From an uncultured virus (IMG/VR IMGVR_UViG_3300008219_000006) (taxonomy: Duplodnaviria; Heunggongvirae; Uroviricota; Caudoviricetes): a stretch of 20,000 bases of DNA. How positions within the stretch are numbered: position 1 is the first letter of the stretch; every line of letters begins with the position of its first letter. The position numbers were made by a program, and so were the translations under genes. Positions 1-12,000 of this stretch are shown piece after piece. The notes beneath the pieces were generated by a model that was not told where the DNA came from, ran no database searches, and saw only the letters and a list, made by a program, of their open reading frames with translations. The stretch is from the IMG/VR virus record IMGVR_UViG_3300008219_000006; one strand, 5' to 3'.

Positions 1-2
1 AA

Positions 3-3000
3 CGCAGTCTTCTCTATTTGGAGACTGGGGTTAAGACAACAGAACAAATCTTAGATGTAATTATGCCAACACGGTGGGCTTCTTTTGTTGGAACGAAACT
101 TGGTTATGTAGACAATCTAACCTTCTCGGAAAAAATGTCTGATGCTCTACACTTTAGAAAAGCGGCTTTTACAAGAAGGTTAAAGTTAGCTCCGTTTGAT
201 GCGCTTGAAGGATTTATTGAAGGAAGTATTGTTCATATAGCAGATGCTAATGAAAGAGGAGCTAATTGGACTTTAGGTTCTATGATACAAGAGGGTGGTA
301 TAGAAGCGGTTGTTAGTATTGGATTGAATCCGACTATGAGAGCAGCTATGCAGGGAGGCTCTGGTTTACTAGGAGCTGGAGCACAACTAACTAATAAATT
401 TGTTTCAAAAAATAATGATCCTGTTATTACAGATCTTATGAATAGAGCTTCAAGAATTGTATTTAGACCAAGAAGTTTGGAAGAACAAATGGAAGCTGTT
501 GATAAGTACGATAAATTTATTGAGTTTGGTAGTAGATATAAAAATATATTTGGAGAATATTCTCATGCTGAAAGAATTGAAGCTGGAGAGGCCAAGTACT
601 TGTTTCCTACAGATCCAAAGAGAGCTAATAGAGAACGAAACTTTTTAGATTCTTTGTTTGATACGGTACAACTTTTGGCGCAAGCTCAGAATGTAGAAAA
701 CCAAACTTCATGGACCCTTAATAAGATGGACGAAATCTTGTCGATGCTTGAAAAAAAAGTCAAGGATGAGAAGCGACCTAGTATGGGTATTAAGGAAGCA
801 GCTGAATTATCTATAAAATCTTTAATTGGATCTATTGATGCGGTTGTTAAAGCAGATCCAGATTTTGATATTAATCTTGCGAACAACTTAAAAAATATGA
901 TAGCTAGTGAGTATAAAACATTTCTTCTTTTAGATATAGCTAGAAATCATGTAGATCCTATTACTGGCGAAAAGAAAGAACTAACTATAGAAGAAGTAAT
1001 AGAAAAAATTGATCCTACTAAAGATGAGTTCGATGTCAATCTTTGGTTTAAGACTTTTACAGAAGCAGAAAGAGAATTATTAAACGATGAAATGGATCGA
1101 AGGGGACTAAAGCTAGAAGATATTACTGATGATCCAAAGCTAACCCAAGAGATAGTAGAAAAGGTTACTGAAGATTGGATGGGTAGAACAGAAGATACTC
1201 GAAGGTTAGAAGATGACGCTCAAAAAAAGAGAATAGAACACGCTTCGGCTCTTAGTGATTTCCTTGAACAACCTATAACTATTCAAGATATAAGAACTGG
1301 GGAAACTATTGTTGTAGGAGGAGATAGATATACTGGTACTCCTCTAACTATAGATGAAGCTATTAAGAAGAAAAACGATACAGCAGACGAAGTAGAAAGT
1401 GAACCTGAGATAGATGAAGAGGAAGTTGAAATAACTGAATTAACTCCAAGAGAACAAAGGATTATAAGAAATTCACAAGAGAGGTTACAAAAAGGATTAG
1501 AAGCTTATAAAAAAGCAAAGACACCTAAAGAAAAGAAAAGTGCTTTAAAACAAATAGCTAATGCTGTTTGGAAAACTGAAGGAAGACTTAACAAAATAAC
1601 AAAAGAACGAGCTGGAAAAGAAATAATAGATTTGCAAAATGAAAGTCAAGGTATTTTAACTAAAGAAAATATTGAAATAGGACCAGATAAAGCTGGAGAT
1701 CCTATGGATTTTAATAGAGTTGATACTGAAGTATCTGACATAAAAGGTGAAACAGCTGATACAAGTGAAAATTTTGTTATTTTACAAGTTAAACAACCAG
1801 TTATTAGACAAGGAAATGAAAGGTTACAATATGCTAAAGTTGTATTAACACCAGCTGAAAAATTTACACCGGAACCTATAGATGCTCCTCAAACTATCGT
1901 ACCTACTGAACCTCCTGCTGAACCTAAGAAGAAAACAAAGAGTCAAAGAAGAAAGTTACTTGAAAAAGCAAATGATGCAGAAGCCGTAGCTGAAGGATCT
2001 TTTGAAAAGATTAGCGAAGATCGAAAAGAAATGTTGATAGATGTTAATAATATTGATATTGAACTAGCTCAATTAAAAGCCCAACTTGATCAAATGAGCG
2101 ATGAGTTTTATGAGACTGAAGAAGGTAAGAAAATAAAAGAAATAGCCGATAAACAAGCAAAGCTTAACGAAAAACGAAATGAATTACTTCGTGAAATGGG
2201 TTTTGAATCTAGAACTCATAGTGTAGATGGTTCTAGTCTTAAGTCTGTTAAAGAAGCTATTATATCTTTTGCTAAAGAGGATATCGAATCCGAAAAGAAT
2301 CGGCTTAAAGAGATTGAGAAAGATACAAATATTCTTGAAAATACCAAAAGAGTCTTGGCTAAAAAACTTGGAAAAGACGCTACAGATAATGATAAACAAG
2401 AGCTATTAAAACAAAAAAGATCAATCCTTCTCAAGTTCTTGACTAATAAAAGAAACAACGATACTGTTGCTGGAATAGCAAAAGCAGCAGAAATACCTGT
2501 AGAATTTATTAAGGCTTTAAAAAATAACGAGGTTGTATCTCTAGAAGAGTTTGATAGAATTTTATCTAATACCAAAATACAGAGTTATTTGACTGGGATT
2601 ATTAAAGACGTTAAAAAATATGGAACACTAGAAGCTGATGTTGTAAAGAATAATATAGAGAAAGCAAACGAAAGAATAACAAATGCTGGAACATTAGCAT
2701 CTAAATGGATGGAGAATGTTAAGAGTGGAAGAAAGAATTTACATGAATTAGGAAAAGCTCAAAGGGCTGCATCTAAGGTTCATAAATATCAAGAAATGAC
2801 AGAACTAAGAGCAAAGATAGCTAATGTATCGTTAGCAAAAGGAACCTCTGTTGCTAGACTTGCAGATATTCAGCCTGATTTTGATAACTTAGTAGAACTG
2901 GCTTATATAAAGCAAGTTATTTCGGATACAAAAGCAAGTAAGAGAGATCTAAAACAAAGGATGAAGGGTAAGCGTACTATTACCAAAGCAGATCTTAAGA

Positions 3001-6000
3001 TTGTAATGTTAGGAAATTACCATACCCATGAATATATAGATGGATTCTTTGTAACCTCTGAAGATTATTCAGGTCTTGATGAAGATTCCGAAATTGATAT
3101 TGATAAAGCAAGAGATATAATTAGTAGCTTTGGTGAATGGCGAAAGAATACTTTAGGTAAGCATGTTGGTATTCAATTACAAAACGCTACTTTGGCAAAT
3201 AGAAGACCAGAAGCGTTAAATAATTTATCAGATGGGCTGAAAACAGCAGTTAATATTGAAGAGTTTGGTCCTAATGATAAGCCATTAATAAACATAACAC
3301 CAGAACAAGCTAAGACAAATGCAAAATCAAGAAGGGTAGAAGTTAAAGATACTGCTGAAAGTATAGGACAACTAGGTCTTGATCTGTTAAAAGCAACCAA
3401 ATTACTATCTAATCTGAAGAGATTAAATGGTAGGTATAGTAATATCGGTCTTGTTGTAGCTCAACTAAAGCAAGCTGGTTTGGAAAACCTTAATTTTGAT
3501 CATCCTATTTTCCATACAGAACTTAGTCCGGTCATTCTAAAACATGCAGGAGATATAATGTATGATGCTAAGAATGAATTAGATCTTACAGAACTGTATC
3601 CTCTTGATATTACAATTGATGGTATTAAATCTGATGATTACTTGAATGTTATTGTAGATATTAATGAACTAGAGAATATTCTTACTGCTCTAGCTAGTCA
3701 AATAAATAACAAACTTCAGATTATGGTTAACGAGGGAATTAGGGGAGCCGATACACAGATCACTAATATGGATGAAGCTAGTCTTAATTTATATAAGCAA
3801 TATGAACTTGTTACTAGGCTTCATGAAGGACTGTTAGAACACATCTCAACAATGACTAATCCCTTGAGAAGGGGATGGGATAGAGATCTTGATAGTCAAT
3901 TCTTACAGCTTGGTGATACAACTTATGAAACAACTCCTCATGAATATCGTCAAACAGTTGAAAACTATTTTGCGAGAGGTCTTGGAGATATACAAAACAA
4001 AAGACTATGGGATGGATATAGAGATCTTTTTGAACAATATCTAATAACTAGAAAACCAGATCCCAAGAGTATAGACTTAGATATAAAAGAACTATATGAA
4101 CAAATTTTAAGGGATGAAGTAACCTTTGATCATAATAGTCAAATAACTCTTATGTACAAACTTGTTCAAGAAGTTTTAGGTATTGAGGATATAACTCAAC
4201 TAGGAGGACTTTCAGAAGGAAGTCGTTTGGCACTAGATTGGGTTTCGGCAGAAGAAGCTGGATTTGCTTTGGCTGATTTTATTTTCCGAAGAGAAGAAGT
4301 TTCCTTATATAGAAGAGTCGTTAAGAGAAAGAGTTCTTCAAAAACTGGCGAGGGTGAAATAACTAGTGAGCAGCAAATTACTGATAGCGAACAGGGAACA
4401 GAAACTGAATTACAAGCTAAATCAGTTAGAAGTGATATACCTTTGTCTGCTAGAAACCTAGCAAGAAATTGGGAAGAGTCTGTATATAGACATAGGATGA
4501 GAAAAAGTTTAGAGTATTTGACTACAGCAAGCGATGAGGAAGTTGAATTAGTTATTGCTAGTATTCGAGAAAGTGTTCCAAGTAAGGCAGAAGCTTATAA
4601 GAAGTATGCAGATGAAACAGGTAAGGATGTTAAAACTCTAACTGCTGAAGAAAAAACTAAAGCAATTAAAACTTTTTATCTTCCTGAGAAAGAGAAGGTA
4701 GCCAAGATGGCTACAACCTATTCATTCCTACCTCAGATGACAAATAGATCTCCCGGTGAAACAATTACTAACTTTGAACGATGGGAATCTTTTGTGTTTG
4801 AGGTTATGATGGATTGGCCTGTATTGGGAATGAATCTTATACATGATGGTAGATATTATACAGATGGTACTGTTGTTGAGTTTCTAGGAAAAGACGAATC
4901 ACATCAAAGGTATGCAGATGATAATGATCTTGATGTTGAAACTCTTACTGAAGATCAAATTAAAGAAGCCGAAAGAGTTTATCCTCCTGAGATGTTGCAC
5001 ATGAAACCTTCTACTGCTGCTAGAGGAACTAGAGCTCAGCGAAGTGAAGATAAAGTTCGTAAGGCAGCACATGCTGGTATGCCTATCGGTAAACTTACTT
5101 TAGCTGGATTCTTTACACAATGGGCTCATGGAAGACTTAATATTAACTTTGAAGAGTTTGCTAAATCTGCCTTAACTCTTGGCAATGAAACAGTAAAAAG
5201 TTTGGGAATCAATAATCTATTTAATTTTACATCAAGTAAAAACTATGCCGATCTTAATGCTGCTGGTATTCATTCACACTTTAGCGTATTAATGATGACA
5301 CCAAAAAACAGAGAGGCTGCTGAAGCTTTGTTGGATAAACTAGTAAACCAAAGAAACAAAGTTTTAGGAACTACTCCTGAAGATCAGTATCTTGAGGCTA
5401 GTGAGTTTGTATTAGAAACAGCTTTACATACATTAGAAATATCTGGATTGCATACAGATATTTTTCCGGGTATACAATCTTTAGAGAAGATTGCTGCTGA
5501 GTTTGATTTTGAAGGGGTTTTAAAAGATATTAAAGCTGGTAGAAAAAAAACTGCAAGAGTCGAAAAATTCAGAAAACTTATAAAGCACCCTATTATGGTT
5601 AAACTTTATTGGGCTGGACAAGAAGGTATTAAAAGTTCTTTTAGTGATGCAAAGGATGCGGGACTGCTTGAAGGATTTACTGAACAGGACTTAGATTGGT
5701 TTGCTCTCTTCTTAGCTCAAGGTGGTGCAGTTTTGCGACACAATCTACTTAACCATGCTCTTCAAAATAAAGACGGTAAGCCTACTAGCGATGTTCTTGG
5801 AGAATCTATGGGCGTTGATATGGGCGATAGACAAGAGGCTCTCAGGATATTAAAAGACTTAGCCAATCAAGAAACAGATGTTGTTAAAAATTATATGGAC
5901 CTGTATGGCAAACAAATTGAAGGCAGAGATACAAAAGCAAGAACTCTTGAAAAATCCTTAGAAGATTTTGTGAGTGCTAAAGCTTTATATCTTGCACAAG

Positions 6001-9000
6001 GAGATCTTGCTAGAGCAGAAGAACTTAAGCCTAAGATTAGAGCAGAACATAAAAAGAGAATTGAAAACCTACAAGAATATCTAAGAGAGAACGGACTAAA
6101 GGAAGAATCCTTAAATGATCCTGTAGTTATGAATCAACACAGAGGAGAAATTGAAAGAATAATGATGGGTTGGGAGGGAGATGCATGGAAAGAAATGCCA
6201 ATGCTTCGTGCTATTAATGAAAAGAATGCTCAACCTGTTACTCTAGCAATAGATGAAAAAACCAAAGCTGCTGGAAAACCAGCTGGTATTGATATGGATC
6301 ATGTTGGAGAACATTGGTTAATGGGTAGCCTATTAGATAAGTTTACCCTGTTCATAGAATATGGAATTGATACCTCATCGGGTCGATACAATCCTATGGA
6401 TCCAAGTCCTTTGACACCATATAACTCAACTCTTGGATCTTTCCGTAGTGATGAAAAACCATACTCTATCTGGAAAACAGAAAACAATAGATTTGCTAAG
6501 ATGGCTACTGATGAAGAGGGTAATTTAGATCCTAAAAAGATGAGGGCTTATATAAATAGATTGATTGCTATTGACTTATCTATAAGAATGATACAAGACT
6601 ATGATCCTCCAATTCCAAATTTTGAACCATATACAGAAAAAGATTTCTGGGCAGATTGGCAAACAGAGTCAGATCATACAGTAGCTTCTAGAGAAAGAGA
6701 AATCAATTTTTGGGAAGATCCAGAAAACAATGATTATGAAATATCTAAAGAAGAATTCAATAAGAATACATATGGTGGGACAAGAGATCATAGGTCTAGA
6801 CCATTGTTTGCTAGGCGTAATATAGATTATAAGAGTAATCAAGAAATGAGTACTAAAGATCCTGCTGGTATCGCGGCTTTACGTCCTAGAACAGGAAAGC
6901 CCGGAAACCTAATGCATGACAGAGGATCTATGTTTCTTAGGAAAGAATCTTTAAATAGAAAGCTGAGAGAGAAAGAACAAAGATTAGAACATCTTCGTAA
7001 TACAATAAATACTACTGAAATTGATACTAATATTATGTCTGATATTATTAGTGGAGCACATCCTTTCCAATCTGATACATTACCTGTAGGACCAACACCA
7101 GATACTACAACCCTTTCTCATGTCTTTGGAGATACTATAGATGAACAAGTATACAGAGCTATACGAAACATTGAAAATAAGATTCGTCCTTGGGCTATGG
7201 AACGTGGTTACTATAAAGAAGTAAAAGATAATAAATGGGGACGATTGTGGATTATGTGGGAGATGGATCGTCTTCATAAGAATACTATTAGAGAAACAAG
7301 ACAAATCCTAAAAAGTTTTCGTGGAGCTGATGTTTGGGATCAGAACGATATAGAAATAGGAATGCGACAGATAAGACTTTCTTATTACGATAAGCTTTAC
7401 AAACTTCGATCAGTTGTACATGAACTAAGAAGTAAAGGCTTTGATTCTAGAGAAGCTGATATTATGGAAAATCAACTTAGTGCTCATATCAATATGGATG
7501 ATATGACCTATATCGAACTAGCAAGAACTCTAGCAGATAGCGGATTTGCTCAGGATTCAAGAGTCTTTACTCCAGCTCCTCATCATTTAATGGCTATTGA
7601 TCCAGAAACAGCAGCAGATCCTGTAGAATTTACAAGAACTGTTGAAGGTCCCATTGCTATGCATCACTTAGAGCAAGCATTAGCTGAGCATGAAATAGTA
7701 TTTATAAGTTATGTAAACGAAGAATTAAATATATTGTCTAAAGAAGATACTGAATTAGGGAAATATCTAAGGGATAAAAGAGATACTTTTGAAAGCGGTC
7801 GCCATCTTAATTGGAAAGACCTTCAAAATATGATGTGGTCTGAAAACGAAACTGTTAATCAATGGGCAATGGATATTCTAGATAAGGCTGAAAAGAAAGC
7901 TATTAATGCAGAGCATAAGAATTTTTATATCTACTTAGATCCTGACAGTGAAACTAGATCTACGATGACTTATGATAGAAAAGAAGAAGGAAATGTAAAA
8001 AGACTTTGGGGTGGATGGAGTCCGTTGATTTCACAAAAACCTATTGGTAGTGCAAGGTATCATCTGACTCCAGAAGGATTGCAACAACTATTTGTTAATA
8101 TTCGGTCTACCTTATTCAAGAAATTAGAAGATAGACAAATTACTGGCATTAGTACTCTGCACTCTGAACCATCTTTGGCTCAACGATTAGACTCTGGTTA
8201 TCAAGCAGATACTAGAAGATCTCACGAAGCGTTGTTAAAGGCGTTTGAACTTATGGGTGATACTGAAGTCGGAGACTATACTCTTGTTGATAAATCAAGA
8301 AGAAGTTCTTTTGATGATAGAGAACCTCAAAGAGTTCTTGATATAGATAAACTTTCAGGTATGAAGATAGTAACTGGTAATAGATTTGATCATGCTTGGG
8401 ATAGAGCTTACTACTCTCAGTGGGAAGCAACTAAAGAAGCTGCTAGAAGGCAAGGTAAAACAAGGCTACTAGATTATTTAATAAATCAAGAAGAGCTAAA
8501 TCCTGAACTTGTAAAAATACATGCTATATCATTACATGCTGAAAACTTTATGGGACTTGGTACTGAAGAAGCAAGAATATATGCAGCTGCTATAACAAAC
8601 AAAGATGTTGATTGGGTTGATAAAAATACTTTGTTACTAGATAATCTACAACAAGAGATTAACAAGTGGGAATTTTCAGGTCCTTTAGAAAAAGCTATTA
8701 TGGAATTAGAACGGCATCATAGAAATACATCTACAGAAAATACTTTAGATAGAACTAATGTAGATAATTTAAGAAAGGTATTAAAAGTATTTGGTATGGA
8801 AGATTCTGCTATAGATGCTATGCCTGAATTCAAGGATTATAATAAATGGATGAATAACGGTTTATCGGTAGTTATTGATATTGAAACTGATATTGCTGAG
8901 GATGGTGTTCCAACAAAAATATATCGAGTAGTTAAACATTATTCTAGGAAAAATACAAAAGCTGGTTTTATTTCTGAAGTTGTAACAGGAGAAGATTTAA

Positions 9001-12000
9001 ACAGTATTCTCGTAGAAATAGAAAGAGCTCAGCAAGCTGGATATAAGGTTGTTACTTATAACGGCAATACTTTTGACTTTAAGCATCTAGTTAGGTTAGG
9101 AGCAGATCCTAAGATAGCTGCAAGAATTGCTACTAGAAGCATTGATTTGTATAGTCTCTTAAGAAGAATGAAAGCTAATCAAGATAGTCGTAAGGGAAGC
9201 TTAGGACGAATATCTGAACTACTTAATCTTGGTAAGAAAAAAGAAATTGGTGGATATATGGTTCACCTTTTGGAATTAAGGAAAAGTGGAAAGACTTTAG
9301 ATAAAACAGATTTACCTATAGCCTATAGAAATGATGAAATAGCTATTGATGAATTAAATAAAATTAATGATATGGATTCATCTGATCCATCTTTAGAAAC
9401 TCGTATTGTAAACTATACTCTTGAAGACGGTGTATTAACAAATAAACTATTTGCGGAGTTGTTAAAACGTCAAGGAGAAACTAATATTAGTCTTGGAGAA
9501 ATTGGAACTCTTGATTTAGTTACAGAACTGTATCCAAACTGGGCATTAGATATAGATGGAACTAGAGCTGTAACTAATAAAGATGCCTTTAAATGGATAG
9601 ATGATGTAGTTATTCCTAAGCTTATTGGTAAGGAAGAAGATACTTCTGACTTTGGATTGCATAACAAAGGGTTTGTGACTGAAACTGGGAGTAGATTTAG
9701 AGATCGAGCAGAGAGAGAAGCAAAAGAATTCTTTAGAAGAGGAAGGCTTTGGGCTGATAAGAGAGAATTCAATGAACAACGAGATAAACTAAACGGTAAG
9801 AACTACGATGCAATCGAGGTCTTGTCGTATCAAGACTTTATTAATGAGGTTTTAGGAGAATCAGTTACACTAACAGAAAATGATGGAAGACTAATGGCAG
9901 CTAAATATGCTATGGAAGCTATTATGGCTGAGCGTAAACCTACAGAACTTAATCTATTAGATTTAACTAGAGGTATAGATGAAGATGTAGATTTATCCGA
10001 TCTTGGGGATTCTAAAAAATTCGATCTTGTCTTTATACACAATGATGCTGCTCTTAAAATGAATAAAACATTATCTAGAGCAGAGAGAGATGGTACTCTT
10101 AAACCAGAAGTAGTAGTTGGGTTGAGAATAATGTTTGCTCATTTAGCTAGAATGAATCCAGACTTCTTTAGAACAGTCGAGTTTGAGATAGATCCTAGTG
10201 ATATATTCGATACTCAAGGAAGAAGGCAACGGGGTAGATTTGGTATTAAAGATAATAAATTCCATATGATTATAGATCCAAGAGAATCTACCGATGTTCA
10301 GATTGTTGAAATTGCTCTTCATGAAATCATAGGACATATGGGCGTTGAGAAGTTTGTTAGAAAGAATGAAGCTGATTGGGTAAGTATGGTTGAATGGCTA
10401 AGAACTGCTTCTGGTAGAAACGTAGTTGCAGACTTTGTAAAATCAAATCCAAAATATAGTCACTTAACTGAAGCAGAAAAGAATAAGAAAGTTGAATATT
10501 ACCAAACAAATCCTGAAGAATGGGCTGCTCTTTATATTTCTTATCAGCTTATGAAGGATGTTACTCATGATTCTATGATTGATATCAATAATCCTAAAAT
10601 TAATAGATCTCTAAGAGGCATGATTAATAAGATTGTGTCTTCAATAAGAAACCATCTTCAAACAATTACCGATGCTTTGTTTAGGTTTAGAAAGACATAT
10701 CCTCAAGCATATGAGATGATGGAACGAATTACAGAAAATGCTTATGGTTATCAAACAAAAGGTAATATAAGATATAGAAGAGAAGCACAAACTCCAAATC
10801 GAGTAGCAAACGATTATGAATCTACCCATGAAGGATCTGATACAGAAAACATGTATTCTTTTCTTAATCCCTTAGCCGGAGAACAGGGAGATAATGCTCT
10901 TACTCTTCATGCATTTGATAAAAATAGTGGGGTTAAGATGGGAACTCCTTTGAAGAAGGGAGAGCTTTCTGGACTAGCTAAGACAGAAGAAATTGAAACA
11001 TGGGTAAGAGAAGAAGAAAACGCTAGAAGAACTCGTATTGATTTAAGAAATGAATTAAATAATCTTACTATAGGTTCTGCTGAACACATCGCTAAACAAA
11101 TAGAGTTTGATAATGCTGCTAAAAAAGAAGGAGAAATATCTCAAAGAATAAGTGATAATGAATATAATAATCTTTTTGGACAATCAAGAAGAGAAGTAGC
11201 AGATAATAAAGTTGAATTAGCTAGAAGGTTTGGTGACGAACAAGTAGTTGATTATATGTTGGGTGATGAAGCTAATGGGTTTGTTATGAAACAACAACAA
11301 TACAACGCAGGTAAGCTAAGAGAGATAATGACTTCTAGTAAACAAGAAGATATTACATTAGCTAAAACATTCCTAGCTTTGTCTTTTGAAAATATGATTA
11401 AAAAGCGTGGAGACTATGTAAGAGAAAACGCAGAACGATGGTTATCTATGTTTCCTCATATATACATGAGATTAAACAGATTGGCAACAGGTGGTCTTGC
11501 TGGTCTTAATACTACTCAATCAGATCAAACATATTTAAATACCATTATTCCTATTGTTATCTTAAGTAATCTAGTTGTACCCGGACTTGAAAATGTTTCT
11601 GGTAATGTACAAAATACAAAGGGATGGGATAGTTTGGATGATAGGCGAAACGAGTTGTTTGATATAGAAGAAGCAGCTAGAGAGTATGATAAAGAATTTG
11701 TTAAGAATACTGTTGATGGTAAGACTATGACAGAAGTACAATTTGATCAAATAAAAGAACTATCTCTTTCTTTAATCAATGATCCATCTAGTGTCTCTTC
11801 CAGCCATCCTTTTTATGATTTAGCTAGAGAATATTCTAAGACATCTGAACAACTCATACAAAGAGCTACTGATTATCTTGTTAATGCCCGTGTATTACAA
11901 GAAAGACATTTAGAAAAACCAGAGCATAGACTTATGCTATCTTTAAACAAAACAAAAATAGGAGATCTTATATCTAAGAATCCAGATGTTATTACTCAAG

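Noticed and set aside
855..8354. DxDxD-like strings (DPDFD at 855-869, VLDIDKL at 8334-8354) suggesting a crAss-type double-psi-barrel RNAP
   Set aside because: No complete DFDxD motif in the expected context; such strings arise by chance in an acidic protein, and the T7-type motifs A and B fit better.
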